From Minisyncoccota bacterium (lineage in GTDB: Bacteria; Patescibacteriota; Minisyncoccia; Phycocordibacterales; JABMNX01), in the NCBI GenBank assembly GCA_026195275.1, contig JAPHQU010000002.1, positions 5,964 through 69,963 on the forward strand: a stretch of DNA of 64,000 bases, given 5' to 3'. Under the pieces are notes generated by a model that did no database searches, was not told the DNA's origin, and saw nothing but the letters and a program-made list of their open reading frames with translations. Positions within the stretch are counted from its first letter, which is position 1. The number at the start of each line of letters is the position of its first letter. Shown here in pieces: positions 49,491-59,154 of this stretch. The translations under genes and the position numbers were made by a program.

Positions 49491-50491
49491 TAGAGCTTAG
49501 TGACCACATAATCAACCGGTGCATTGGCGAGGTGGCGCTCAATCTCATCTCGTGAGAGGAGCCCCGCCTGCGCGCCGATCTGCTGGACGACTGACATGGA
49601 GTTGATTGGACCGCGCGCGAGCGCCTCAGGGAGCGACATCCCCGCAGCAAGCATCGCAGTGACCGTTGAAGAGAATGAGTCACCAGCGCCGGTGCGGTCA
49701 ACCGGCGGGGCCGGGTCAGGGTACATTGGCATCTTCCAGCTCTCCGTGCCATCAGAAGCAAACGCTCCTTTAGGACCGTCAGTGACAACGGCGATCTTTG
49801 GGCCAAGTGTGCGAATACCTTCGAGGAGCTCCTCTATATCTTCAGAATCCGTCTGAAGTATCTTTTGTGCTTCTTGTTTGTTGCAGAAGAAGAGCGCAGA
49901 TACTTCGTAGATGTCCTTGAGTGTATCGGCACCGAGCTTAATCTGGAAAGTGCCTGGCTGGAAGGCGAGATTCACTTCGGGGTGGTCTTTCACATACTTT
50001 GCGATCTCATGATGGTAGGGGATAGAGTTTTCACCGAGCGAGGAGAGGTAGATCCATCGTGGTGGAGTCTTGAACTCAGGGAGTTTGTATTGATACTCAT
50101 GGTGCTTTACCAGGATCGTACGTTCTGCATCGTACAGAAGAACATAGTGGTAGTTTGATTCCACACCTTTCTCGACGGTTATAAATTCATCGCTCACCCC
50201 TTCTTTTTTGAGTTGTGCGAGCATCTCCTCGCCATTTCTGTCATCTCCGAGAGAGGTGATGAGAGCAGAGCGGAGACCGAGTCTATGCGCGCTGACGGCT
50301 GCATTTGGGGAGTTTCCAACGGCGGGCACTATTGTTGCTGATTCGTACGGGATCTTTGAACCAAAGTCCATACAGAGCTGACACGCATCTTCATCTATTG
50401 TGCAATTCACGCGCGCGTCCTCTAGGCGTATAAAGGCGTCGGTGGTGATGTCTCCAAGACCGACGAAGTCGAGTTGCTCAGTATTTTCCAT
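49490..50491 (-). CDS. PfkB/ribokinase-family carbohydrate kinase
   Basis: GNSPNAAVS..RLG, VTDGPKGA, DRTGAGDSF. Confidence 0.92.
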   Translation of the reverse strand: MENTEQLDFVGLGDITTDAFIRLEDARVNCTIDEDACQLCMDFGSKIPYESATIVPAVGNSPNAAVSAHRLGLRSALITSLGDDRNGEEMLAQLKKEGVSDEFITVEKGVESNYHYVLLYDAERTILVKHHEYQYKLPEFKTPPRWIYLSSLGENSIPYHHEIAKYVKDHPEVNLAFQPGTFQIKLGADTLKDIYEVSALFFCNKQEAQKILQTDSEDIEELLEGIRTLGPKIAVVTDGPKGAFASDGTESWKMPMYPDPAPPVDRTGAGDSFSSTVTAMLAAGMSLPEALARGPINSMSVVQQIGAQAGLLSRDEIERHLANAPVDYVVTKL

Positions 50492-50542
50492 ATGCACACA
50501 TAGTATCATACGCGACTTCCCCTGTGTGGTACCATGGTGTGT

Positions 50543-51406
50543 ATGAAAACACTACGAGAGTGCATAGCAGACGCTGAGACGAAGAAGGTCGCTCTCGGGC
50601 ATTTCAACGTTTCTGACACCGAACAACTCCACGCAATCGTCAGGGCAGCGCGTGAGCTCGATGTGCCGGTCATTATTGGGACATCTGAGGGCGAGCGTGA
50701 TTTTGTTGGGGTGCGCCAGGCGGCAGTACTTGTTAAGAGTATGCGGGAAGAATTTGACCACCCTATTTTTCTCAATGCTGACCACACCTACTCATTTGAA
50801 CGATGTAAGGAAGCGATCGACGCGGGGTATGACGCGGTCATATTTGACGGGGTGAAGCTCTCTCTTGAGGAGAATATTGCTGAGACCAGGAGGGTGGTCG
50901 AATACGCGCGAAGCGTGAACCCTGAGATAATAGTCGAGGGTGAGATCGGTTATATCGGCACTTCGTCAAAGATGCTCGACGAGCTCCCCGAGGGAGTTGA
51001 TCCGGAGGGCGCGGTGACAACAGAAGAAGAGATCGGGCGATACGTTGCAGAGACAGGGGTTGATCTTGTGGCACCGGCTGTTGGCAATCTTCACGGTATG
51101 CTCAAGAGCGGGAAAAATCCGGAACTCAACATCGAGCAGATCACAAAGCTGCACGAAGCGGGTGGTGTACCGTTGGTGCTTCATGGTGGCTCAGGTATCT
51201 CGGACGAAGACTTTGTCGCGGCAATCGAAGCGGGTATCTCGACCGTACACATCAACACTGAGATCCGCGTTGCATATCGAAAGGGAATCGAGGCGGGCCT
51301 TAAAGAAAATCCTGGTGAGATCGCGCCATATCGCTTTATGAAGCAGGGTGTTGAAGGTGTTCGAGAGGTGGTTGAGCAACGCCTCAAACTCTTTAACCGA
51401 ATGTAG
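50543..51406 (+). CDS. fba: class II fructose-bisphosphate aldolase
   Basis: LNADH, EGEIG, AVGNLHG, LVLHGGSG, INTEIR. Confidence 0.95.
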   Translation: MKTLRECIADAETKKVALGHFNVSDTEQLHAIVRAARELDVPVIIGTSEGERDFVGVRQAAVLVKSMREEFDHPIFLNADHTYSFERCKEAIDAGYDAVIFDGVKLSLEENIAETRRVVEYARSVNPEIIVEGEIGYIGTSSKMLDELPEGVDPEGAVTTEEEIGRYVAETGVDLVAPAVGNLHGMLKSGKNPELNIEQITKLHEAGGVPLVLHGGSGISDEDFVAAIEAGISTVHINTEIRVAYRKGIEAGLKENPGEIAPYRFMKQGVEGVREVVEQRLKLFNRM

Positions 51407-51484
51407 GTTCCTTCCGCAACAATGCAGTGTTTCCAATAACACAGCATCACCACTTCACTTTCCACCCGCACTTTCCACCCTCAT

Positions 51485-51674
51485 TCCCTCATTCATACGA
51501 TATATCGTATGACCCCACCTTCACTCCACCCCCACTCCCTCATTCATACGATATATCGTATGACCCCATCTTCACTCCACCCCCACTTCTTCATTCATAC
51601 GATATATCGTATGAGAATTGTTATACACATTACGCATTGATTGCCCACTGAAGATTTCATACGATATATCGTAT
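51485..51674. repeat. 51-bp tandem repeat carrying the palindrome TCATACGATATATCGTATGA (51493, 51544, 51595) plus an 18/20 copy at 51657
   Basis: Read directly; the last copy overlaps the TATACT -10 box (51672-51677). Confidence 0.95.
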
Positions 51675-51683
51675 ACTTTGTGT

Positions 51684-52085
51684 ATGCCGCATGTGTCAAA
51701 GAAAGACATCGACGAGCGCATCACACAAAAGCTCGATCAACATTTTACACACCTGCTTCGCAATAGCGGGTCACGTACTCGTGTCGATATATTCAACGAA
51801 CTCTTAACGGAGACCGAACGCACCATGCTTGCAAAGCGTCTCGGGATGCTCTTGTTGATACGAAAAGGGTATTCCTCATACAAAATATCGCAGGTGCTTG
51901 GCGTGAGCCCTTCAACAGCAGAGCGATTCTCACTTTTAGAAGAAATTGGCAAGTATAAGCACACATCCAATTGGATGTGGAAGCAGAGTAGAGAAGGGTC
52001 TCTTGAAGCGCTTTTTGAATCTCTCGTCAATCTCACGTTTACTGGACGCACACGCTCGTTCAAGAAGTCTGTTGATGAATACTGA
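51684..52085 (+). CDS. TrpR-like (YerC/YecD) helix-turn-helix protein
   Basis: ELLTETERTMLAKRL...LLIRKGYSSYKISQVLGVSPST. Confidence 0.85.
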   Translation: MPHVSKKDIDERITQKLDQHFTHLLRNSGSRTRVDIFNELLTETERTMLAKRLGMLLLIRKGYSSYKISQVLGVSPSTAERFSLLEEIGKYKHTSNWMWKQSREGSLEALFESLVNLTFTGRTRSFKKSVDEY

Positions 52086-52156
52086 CTTCAGTTTATTCAC
52101 AGAAGAGACCAGTGCTCTACAACATAGAAGCATAAAGCATCACAGAGCTCGTTTTT

Positions 52157-52261
52157 CATTCATACGATATATCGTATGAATGGTATGTGATTCACAAGTG
52201 TGCTGTGGGGTTGGTTATTGTATGAATGGTATGTGATTTACAAGTGTGCCGTATGGTTGGT
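52157..52261. repeat. 26-bp palindrome CATTCATACGATATATCGTATGAATG plus two 46-bp-period direct repeats (52174, 52220)
   Basis: GTATGAATGGTATGTGATT(C/T)ACAAGTGTGC... occurs twice. Confidence 0.9.
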
Positions 52262-52280
52262 AAGATAAATAATAATAACA

Positions 52281-53252
52281 ATGACAATGAAGGTATTTGT
52301 AACAAGAAGGATTCCTGAAGCGGGTATTACACTTCTCAGAGAGGCAGGGTATGAGGTTTTGGTAAGCGAGAAAGACGGTGTCTTGACCCGTAATGAGCTC
52401 ATTGCAGCGCTCAAGGCAGACGAGTATGACGCAGTGCTTTCGCTCCTCACCGACACGATCGACGCTGAGGTCTTTGATGCAGCACCCGGGGTGAAGATCT
52501 TTGCGAACTACGCGGTTGGCTACAACAACATCGACCTCGACGAGGCAAAAAAACGCGACATTACGGTCACCAACACCCCCGGCGTACTCTCTGACACAGT
52601 TGCCGAGCACACAATCGCACTCATGCTCTCGATCACCTCGCGTATTGCTGAGGGAGACCGGTTCGTGCGTGCCGGCAAGTATGACAGCTGGGCACCAATG
52701 CTGCTCCTCGGGACAGACCTTAAAGGCAAAACGCTTGGTGTTATGGGTGCGGGGCGTATTGGCACGCGCGTTGCACACTTTGCGTCACGCGGACTTGATA
52801 TGAATGTTATCTACTACGATATCAAACGAAATGAAAATATTGAGAAGGAGTATGGTGCGGTATTCAAAGAAACGCCTGAGGAGCTTCTCAAAGAAGCGGA
52901 CGTGGTCACGGTGCATGTGCCCCTTCTTGAGTCGACCGAGCACCTTATAAACAAGGAGCGTCTCGATATGATGAAGCGAAGTGCGTACCTGGTAAACTCC
53001 TCACGCGGACCGGTTATTGATGAGAGTGCGCTCGTTGAGGCACTTAAAGGCGGAGTTATCAAAGGAGCGGCACTTGATGTGTTTGAGAATGAGCCCACGC
53101 TTGCGCCTGGCTTGGCAGAGCTTGAGAATGTGGTCCTCACACCACATATTGCCTCGGCTACCGAGGAGACCCGCGGTGCAATGTCTGAGATGGCTGCGCG
53201 GAGCATTATTGACTTTCTTTCAGGGAAGACCCCGGAGCATATTGTTGTGTAA
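52281..53252 (+). CDS. D-glycerate dehydrogenase/glyoxylate reductase (D-2-hydroxyacid dehydrogenase family)
   Basis: AVGYNNID, TNTPGVL, GAGRIG, NSSRGPVIDE, LDVFENEP, TPHIASA. Confidence 0.92.
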   Translation: MTMKVFVTRRIPEAGITLLREAGYEVLVSEKDGVLTRNELIAALKADEYDAVLSLLTDTIDAEVFDAAPGVKIFANYAVGYNNIDLDEAKKRDITVTNTPGVLSDTVAEHTIALMLSITSRIAEGDRFVRAGKYDSWAPMLLLGTDLKGKTLGVMGAGRIGTRVAHFASRGLDMNVIYYDIKRNENIEKEYGAVFKETPEELLKEADVVTVHVPLLESTEHLINKERLDMMKRSAYLVNSSRGPVIDESALVEALKGGVIKGAALDVFENEPTLAPGLAELENVVLTPHIASATEETRGAMSEMAARSIIDFLSGKTPEHIVV

Positions 53253-53301
53253 GTGCCTTCAGCGCTTGATTTTCTATACAGAATCCGTATACTAGAGCCT
53301 C

Positions 53302-53943
53302 ATGACAGAGACACTACAAGTCCGAGTGCGAGAGGGGAAGAAAAGCCTCAAAGAACTCCGTGGCGGCAAGGAAATGCCCGCGGTCTTTTATGGTCCCAAG
53401 GAGGAGGCAACACCGATTGCACTTGAGGTGGATGCGTTCAAGAAACTTTGGAAAGAAGCAGGAGAATCAACCGTCATTGAACTGAAAGGTGATGGAATTG
53501 ATAAAGAGGTGCTCATTCAGGACGTTGATTTTCATCCGGTAACTGGTGAGCCACGCCACGCAGATTTTTATGTAATGGAGAAGGGTAAGAAAGTGACAGT
53601 GAAGGTGCCGATCGAGTTCGTTGGTGTTGCACCAGCAGTGAAGGAGCTCGGTGGTATTTTGGTGAAGGTGCTTCATGAGATCGAGATTGAGGTTATGCCA
53701 AAAGACCTTCCGCAGCATATCGAGGTTGATGTTGAGGTACTCAAAGACTTTGAGAGTCATATTCTTGCAAAGGACGTTGCTATACCCGAGAGCGCAACGC
53801 TTATAACCAACGAAGAGGAGGCTGTTGCTCTGGTGAACGAGGCGAAGGAGGAGAAAGAAGAGGAAACTTCCGAGGCATCTATTGAAGATATTGAGGTGGA
53901 GCGGAAAGGAAAGAAAGAAGAGGAAGAAACACCTACTGAATAA
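53302..53943 (+). CDS. rplY: 50S ribosomal protein L25/Ctc
   Basis: PAVFYG, DFHPV....HADFY, VPIEFVG.APAVK..GG. Confidence 0.95.
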   Translation: MTETLQVRVREGKKSLKELRGGKEMPAVFYGPKEEATPIALEVDAFKKLWKEAGESTVIELKGDGIDKEVLIQDVDFHPVTGEPRHADFYVMEKGKKVTVKVPIEFVGVAPAVKELGGILVKVLHEIEIEVMPKDLPQHIEVDVEVLKDFESHILAKDVAIPESATLITNEEEAVALVNEAKEEKEEETSEASIEDIEVERKGKKEEEETPTE

Positions 53944-54011
53944 TCATATATCTCCACGCATCCCCGACGCGCACCTTACTCCACTGTGCGCGTTTTGCTA
54001 TACTAAAGTCA

Positions 54012-55391
54012 ATGAGAGTCACATCACTGCGGTTTGCATTCATACTCCTTGTGGCATTGATGAGCACATTGGTGTTTGTCGGTGTTACCACCGTGCTCCC
54101 ACTTTTTGCGCAGACTGCTGATGAACAGGTTGCCGCGCGGCGCGCACAACTCGAAGCGGAGCTTGCCGGTATTGAAAAAGAGATCGCCGACCAACAAGTA
54201 CTCCTTGATGATAAGAGGCAAGAGCGTACTTCTCTTGAGCGTGATGTCGCAATTCTTGATGCACAGATACAAAAGGCTCGACTCTCAATACGGGCGCGCG
54301 ATCTTGAGATTAAGCGGATCACACAGGATATCTATGGGAAAGAAGAGACTATCGGAGGTCTCAATAAAAAGCTTGAGCGCCAGAAAGAGTCGCTCGCGCA
54401 GCTCTTAAGAAAGACAAACGAGATTGATGACTATTCTCTTGCTGAAGTGGTGCTGGGGAACGGGAACGTCTCGGATTTCTTTGAGGACATCGACAACTTT
54501 GAGTCAATCAAGGCGGGGCTCAGTGTCTCATTTGACGAGATTGCGCTGACAAAAGAAGATACCCAGGCGCAGAAGGAAATACTTATTGATCGGCGCGCTT
54601 CTGAAGAAGAGCTTCGCAAGATTCAGGTATTTGAGAAGCAGAAGATAGAGATGCGCGAAGCCGAACGTCAGAGAATCCTCGATATCACCAAGGGTGAAGA
54701 GGCGGCATACCAACAACTGATCACCAGTAAACGCCGGACTGCGGGTGAGATTCGAGCTGAACTCTTTACACTTCGAGGTAGCGCGCCAATCCCGTTTGCT
54801 GAGGCGTACCAATATGCACTCGAGGCTTCAAACATCACCGGTGTGCGACCGGCACTGATACTCGGCATCTTGGCGCAAGAGACGAATCTTGGCGAGAATG
54901 TAGGGCAGTGTCTCTTGACCAACGACCCCAACAAAGGAGACGGCAAAGGGGTTAACACCGGTCGGTACTTTAAGCACGTTATGCATCCAAGTCGCGACGT
55001 AGATCCTTTCTTTGCAATCACCGGTGAGTTGGGTATCAATCCTTACGGGCAGGTGGTCTCGTGTCCACCATCGTATGGGTACGGTGGTGCTATGGGGCCG
55101 GCACAGTTTATTCCATCGACGTGGAATCTCTATAAGAAACGCATTGCACGCGCAAGTGGTGAAAACCCAGCCAACCCATGGAATCCACGGACTGCGTTCA
55201 TAGCCTCAGCGCTTTTGATGAGCGACAATGGCGCGGACAAAGGGACGTACGCCGCTGAGCGCCTTGCTGCACTTCGCTACTTCGCCGGCTGGACAAATGC
55301 CAAGAACCCGCGATATGGCTTTTACGGAGATGGGGTGATGGAGCTTGCGCAGAAGTATCAAGGACTGATCGATGTGCTCGAGAGTTCGTAG
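54012..55391 (+). CDS. coiled-coil + lytic murein transglycosylase (MltB/SLT-like)
   Basis: Signal/TM, long coiled coil, ILGIL.QETN.G, GAMGPAQFIPSTW, NPWNP. Confidence 0.88.
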   Translation: MRVTSLRFAFILLVALMSTLVFVGVTTVLPLFAQTADEQVAARRAQLEAELAGIEKEIADQQVLLDDKRQERTSLERDVAILDAQIQKARLSIRARDLEIKRITQDIYGKEETIGGLNKKLERQKESLAQLLRKTNEIDDYSLAEVVLGNGNVSDFFEDIDNFESIKAGLSVSFDEIALTKEDTQAQKEILIDRRASEEELRKIQVFEKQKIEMREAERQRILDITKGEEAAYQQLITSKRRTAGEIRAELFTLRGSAPIPFAEAYQYALEASNITGVRPALILGILAQETNLGENVGQCLLTNDPNKGDGKGVNTGRYFKHVMHPSRDVDPFFAITGELGINPYGQVVSCPPSYGYGGAMGPAQFIPSTWNLYKKRIARASGENPANPWNPRTAFIASALLMSDNGADKGTYAAERLAALRYFAGWTNAKNPRYGFYGDGVMELAQKYQGLIDVLESS

Positions 55392-55400
55392 TAGAAAAAT

Positions 55401-55427
55401 AACACCCCGCGCAATGCGCGGGGTGTT
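55401..55427. terminator. hairpin between convergent genes
   Basis: AACACCCCGCGC-AAT-GCGCGGGGTGTT. Confidence 0.8.
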
Positions 55428-55430
55428 GCC

Positions 55431-55655
55431 TTAGGAGTACTCCAGGAATTCGCGGGGCACTTCGATGGTCTCGTTTCTGTTTGTGTCAGGGTTGAATATG
55501 CTGACACGAACTTGCCAGCTATTTGTGAACCCAGTCACAACCCCTGTCTTGCCTTTGGCGAACGAGAAGTTGTCGTCACAGAAATCCTCGGTGAGGGCGA
55601 CTTTGTTACCCGCAACAAATGCCGGTGCGGTAGCTTCGATAGGTCCCATAGGCAT
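55431..55655 (-). CDS. small hypothetical protein (SH3/KOW-like beta barrel)
   Basis: AGGGAG before ATG; GNKVAL..GKTGVV..VRV..IEVPREFL; hairpin after the stop. Confidence 0.6.
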   Translation of the reverse strand: MPMGPIEATAPAFVAGNKVALTEDFCDDNFSFAKGKTGVVTGFTNSWQVRVSIFNPDTNRNETIEVPREFLEYS

Positions 55656-55780
55656 ATCTCCCTGGCTAAAATCCAAGATCTTGACACCTTGTCAAGATAT
55701 TAGATGATTGAATCTCGTCCCACTATGCACGAGAATTAGCCTCGTTGCAACTCCTTAGTACATCTGGTATAGTGCCCTCT

Positions 55781-56044
55781 ATGAAAAAGGATATCCATCC
55801 GGAACAGTATCGAAAAGTCATCTTCGCTGACAGCTCAAGCGGGGAGCGGTTTCTTATTGGTTCAACCGTAGCCACTGATGCAACTGATACGTGGACTGAT
55901 GGAAAGGAATATCCACTCTGCACGGTAGAGATCTCAAGTGCCTCACACCCATTCTACACTGGAAAAGAAAAGGTTATGGATACTGCGGGGCGAGTCGAGA
56001 AGTTTAAAGCACGAGCTGCTGCGGCTCAGGGTTCGAAGAAATAA
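55781..56044 (+). CDS. rpmE2: 50S ribosomal protein L31 type B
   Basis: [33 protein letters not shown]; TTGCAA-17bp-TATAGT promoter. Confidence 0.96.
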   Translation: MKKDIHPEQYRKVIFADSSSGERFLIGSTVATDATDTWTDGKEYPLCTVEISSASHPFYTGKEKVMDTAGRVEKFKARAAAAQGSKK

Positions 56045-56098
56045 CTCAGTCAAATGAATGTGCGTCTCGTCTAACGACAGACGCATTTTTGTATTAGA

Positions 56099-57076
56099 AT
56101 GAATACCATGCTCGACGAAGCAAAACTCACTGAATATCGCACAAACCACAAGACTGCATTTTTGGTTGATCAATACGATCGACTTGAGCGGGAGCTTTTG
56201 AGTGTGCGTGACATGGCACAAGATCCGTCGTACGCGCCACTCGCGGAAGAGGAGGTTGCGTCTATCCAGAAACAGCAACAAGATCTCATCCTTGAGATGG
56301 AAAAGATCACAAAAGCTGAGGAAGAGGAAGAGCAATTCCCGAATGAGGTGATTCTTGAAGTTCGTGCAGGTGCCGGCGGGGAGGAGGCCGCTCTCTTTGC
56401 GGAGGAGTTGGTGATGATGTATGAGCGTTTTGCGGAGAAGGAGGGCTGGCAATATCGCGCGCTCGATGAATCGAAGAGCTCGCTCGGTGGCTACAAAGAG
56501 GCGTCTGTTGAGATCAAAGGGAAAGACGTGTACCGTGTTCTCCGATTTGAGACCGGTGTGCACCGTGTGCAACGTATCCCGGCTACCGAGAAGCAGGGGC
56601 GCATTCATACCTCAACAGCCTCGGTTATGATCCTGCCGGTGCGCAAGAAGAAACATGTTGAGATCAATCCGGCGGATATTGAGATGGAGTTCTCGCGCTC
56701 CGGTGGTGCCGGCGGGCAGAATGTGAACAAGGTCGAAACAGCAGTGCGGCTCATTCACAAACCGACCGGTATTGACGTCCGCTGTACTTCAGAGCGTTCA
56801 CAGGCACAGAACCGCGAGAAAGCACTCGGAATACTTCAAGCAAAGCTTGAACAAAAAATGGAAGAAGAGGCAGCGGGGGAAGCTGCAAAAGAGAGAAGAG
56901 AGCAGGTGAAAACAGCTGACCGTTCAGAGAAGGTGCGCACATACAACTTCCCGCAGGACCGTATCACCGACCATCGCCTCAAGAAGTCGTGGTCAAACAT
57001 CGGCGCCATCCTTAATGGCGATCTTTCAGGGATTGTTGCGGCTTTTCAGGATGAGTCGGCAGAAGAGGTGGAGTAA
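56099..57076 (+). CDS. prfA: peptide chain release factor 1
   Basis: [12 protein letters not shown] (PxT), [24 protein letters not shown]; start may be 56108. Confidence 0.96.
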   Translation: MNTMLDEAKLTEYRTNHKTAFLVDQYDRLERELLSVRDMAQDPSYAPLAEEEVASIQKQQQDLILEMEKITKAEEEEEQFPNEVILEVRAGAGGEEAALFAEELVMMYERFAEKEGWQYRALDESKSSLGGYKEASVEIKGKDVYRVLRFETGVHRVQRIPATEKQGRIHTSTASVMILPVRKKKHVEINPADIEMEFSRSGGAGGQNVNKVETAVRLIHKPTGIDVRCTSERSQAQNREKALGILQAKLEQKMEEEAAGEAAKERREQVKTADRSEKVRTYNFPQDRITDHRLKKSWSNIGAILNGDLSGIVAAFQDESAEEVE

Positions 57077-57173
57077 GAGTAGTTTTTGTTTATTCAAGGA
57101 CCGAGTTAAGAATATATTTGCGAAATCAACCCGTTTTTGCTAGACTCTTGTGGTACAAAACGTGACCATATAT

Positions 57174-57896
57174 ATGGATACTGTAACAACAAAAGAAAAT
57201 AACACTATCGAGCAAATGTTTGAAGCAGGTGCTCATTTCGCATACAGCAAGACGCGGCGCCACCCCACGGCGAGCCCATACATCTTTGGTGCAAAAGACA
57301 TGGTTGAGATATTTGACCTTGAGAAGACTAAAGGGCTTCTCGATGATGCGCGTACCTTTGTGGCTTCACTCGCGCGCGAAGGGAAGCAGGTCCTCTTTGT
57401 TGCGGGTAAGAATGAGGCCCGTGGAGTTGTCTCAGCTACTGCACTTTCTCTTGATATGCCGTATGTCACTAGCCGTTGGATCGGCGGAACGCTCACGAAC
57501 TTCAGTGAGATCAAGAAGCGCATTGAACGCCTCGAGACACTCGCTTCAGAGAAGGAGAGCGGGGAGCTTGCAAAGAAATACACGAAGCGTGAGCAACTCC
57601 TCCTCACTCGTGAGATCGAGTCGCTTTCCGAGACCTTTGGTGGTCTGACCCCAATGAAGACACTCCCCGCAGCACTCTTTGTTGTCGACACAGAACGCGA
57701 ATCTATTGCAGTCGAGGAGGCAAAGAAGGCAGGTATTCCGATCATCGCCCTCATGAATTCAGACTGTGATGTTGCTGACGCGACATATCCGATTCTCGCA
57801 AATGACGGCTCAGTGAAGAGCATTACTTTCTTTGTGGAGAGTATTGCGGCGGCGTACCGCGAGAACAAGGGGGTCATCAAAAAGACTGAGGAATAA
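57174..57896 (+). CDS. rpsB: 30S ribosomal protein S2
   Basis: EAGAHF, RWIGGTLTNF, ANDGS. Confidence 0.97.
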   Translation: MDTVTTKENNTIEQMFEAGAHFAYSKTRRHPTASPYIFGAKDMVEIFDLEKTKGLLDDARTFVASLAREGKQVLFVAGKNEARGVVSATALSLDMPYVTSRWIGGTLTNFSEIKKRIERLETLASEKESGELAKKYTKREQLLLTREIESLSETFGGLTPMKTLPAALFVVDTERESIAVEEAKKAGIPIIALMNSDCDVADATYPILANDGSVKSITFFVESIAAAYRENKGVIKKTEE

Positions 57897-57926
57897 TATT
57901 ATTCATATTCAAAGAAATAAAAAACA

Positions 57927-58511
57927 ATGAGTACTATCACTACTGAACAGATCAAGGAACTTCGTGACCTTACCGGTGTTTCGGTTATGCAGTGCAAGAA
58001 GGCGCTTGAGGAAGCAGGTGGTGATATGGAAAAGGCGAAGGTTCTTTTACGTAAGAAAAGTGGTGATATCGCAGCCAAGAAATCTGGACGAGAACTCGGG
58101 TCCGGCGTAGTTGAGTCGTATATTCACAACACAAAACAGGTTGGCACGCTTATCGTGCTCTCGTGCGAGACAGACTTCGTGGCGAAGAACGAGGAGTTTG
58201 TTCAGCTTGCACGCGATATCGCTATGCAGATTGCGGCAAGCGCTCCAGAGTTTAAGGTTCGTGACGAGGTGACCCCCGCGGCAACCGCTGCCGCCGAGGA
58301 GGTGTTTCGTAAAGAGGTTGCTGACAAACCGGCCGAAATGCAAGAGAAGATCCTCTCAGGCAAGATTGACGCATATCTTAAAGAGAAGATATTGCTTGAG
58401 CAGGACTTTATCAAGGATCCGAGTGTTACGATTAAGGGGCTTATTGAGTCTGCGACCCAGAAGTTTGGTGAGCGTATTGAGGTCTCCGACTTTACCCGGT
58501 ACAGTATATAG
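57927..58511 (+). CDS. tsf: elongation factor Ts (short form)
   Basis: IKELRDLTG..MQCKKAL, CETDFVA. Confidence 0.97.
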   Translation: MSTITTEQIKELRDLTGVSVMQCKKALEEAGGDMEKAKVLLRKKSGDIAAKKSGRELGSGVVESYIHNTKQVGTLIVLSCETDFVAKNEEFVQLARDIAMQIAASAPEFKVRDEVTPAATAAAEEVFRKEVADKPAEMQEKILSGKIDAYLKEKILLEQDFIKDPSVTIKGLIESATQKFGERIEVSDFTRYSI

Positions 58512-58516
58512 TACAT

Positions 58517-58912
58517 ATGGCGATAAGTATCAGCATCTTCTTTGCCTCATTCGCAGGCATCGTTCTCCTTGTGGCATTTCGGCTCTGGGAGTTGCAACGC
58601 GGTGCGCGAGTCGCTCAGCGAGTACGTGCCCATGTTGATGAATGGGTGGATGCGACCGGAAGATCTGTTCGAGCTCGTATTCCAACACTTGATCATTCCT
58701 CCATCGCGCGGGTGTTCCATGTTCTTATGCACTATAGCGCACTCATCTTACTCGCGCTTCTTAAGATGCTCGAGAAAAAGATATTCAGAGTGCTTGAGTA
58801 TGTTCGGGGGAGACGGAAAGTCTCGCGTGGCGTGACGAACTCTGACTTTCTTAAGAGTGTATCGGCGCATAAGCAGAGCCTTGGAAAAGAAAGAGGGAAT
58901 AGTGTAGAATAG
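58517..58912 (+). CDS. hypothetical membrane protein
   Basis: N-terminal TM; follows tsf; ends S.FLK motif-like. Confidence 0.65.
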   Translation: MAISISIFFASFAGIVLLVAFRLWELQRGARVAQRVRAHVDEWVDATGRSVRARIPTLDHSSIARVFHVLMHYSALILLALLKMLEKKIFRVLEYVRGRRKVSRGVTNSDFLKSVSAHKQSLGKERGNSVE

Positions 58913-58944
58913 CCAGGTTAGTTTGAAGGTTCATCAAGTAAGAC

Positions 58945-59021
58945 TTGCCACCTTAGCCCAGTTGGGGAGTTCAAACAGAGCCAAAACTCTGTTTGAAAGT
59001 TTTGTACAAAACCGTTGCTCC
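58945..59021. repeat. rearranged partial copy of tRNA-Thr (direct 5' fragment plus inverted D/anticodon fragment)
   Basis: 58945-58965 matches 59072-59092 (20/21); 59005-59020 is the exact reverse complement of 59095-59110. Confidence 0.9.
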
Positions 59022-59073
59022 TCCTTGGTCTGATGTGATATACATTGTCTGTGTAAAGGCAATATCAAGATTT

Positions 59074-59146
59074 GCCACCTTAGCTCAGTTGGTAGAGCAA
59101 CGGTTTTGTAAACCGTAGGTCGTCAGTTCGAATCTGACAGGTGGCT
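59074..59146 (+). tRNA. tRNA-Thr(UGU)
   Basis: GCCACCT/AGGTGGC acceptor stem; ACGGT-TTTGTAA-ACCGT anticodon arm; GTTCGAATC T-loop; CCA not encoded (followed by CCG). Confidence 0.97.
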
Positions 59147-59154
59147 CCGATTTT

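Noticed and set aside
51427-51651. 74-aa ORF with HSYDISYD repeats
   Set aside because: Translation of the 51-bp DNA repeat; no start context, and the palindrome explains the pattern
51485-51674. CRISPR array (palindromic repeats at regular spacing)
   Set aside because: The first two 'spacers' are near-identical to each other, there are only 3-4 units and no cas genes; it is a tandem repeat of an operator-like dyad
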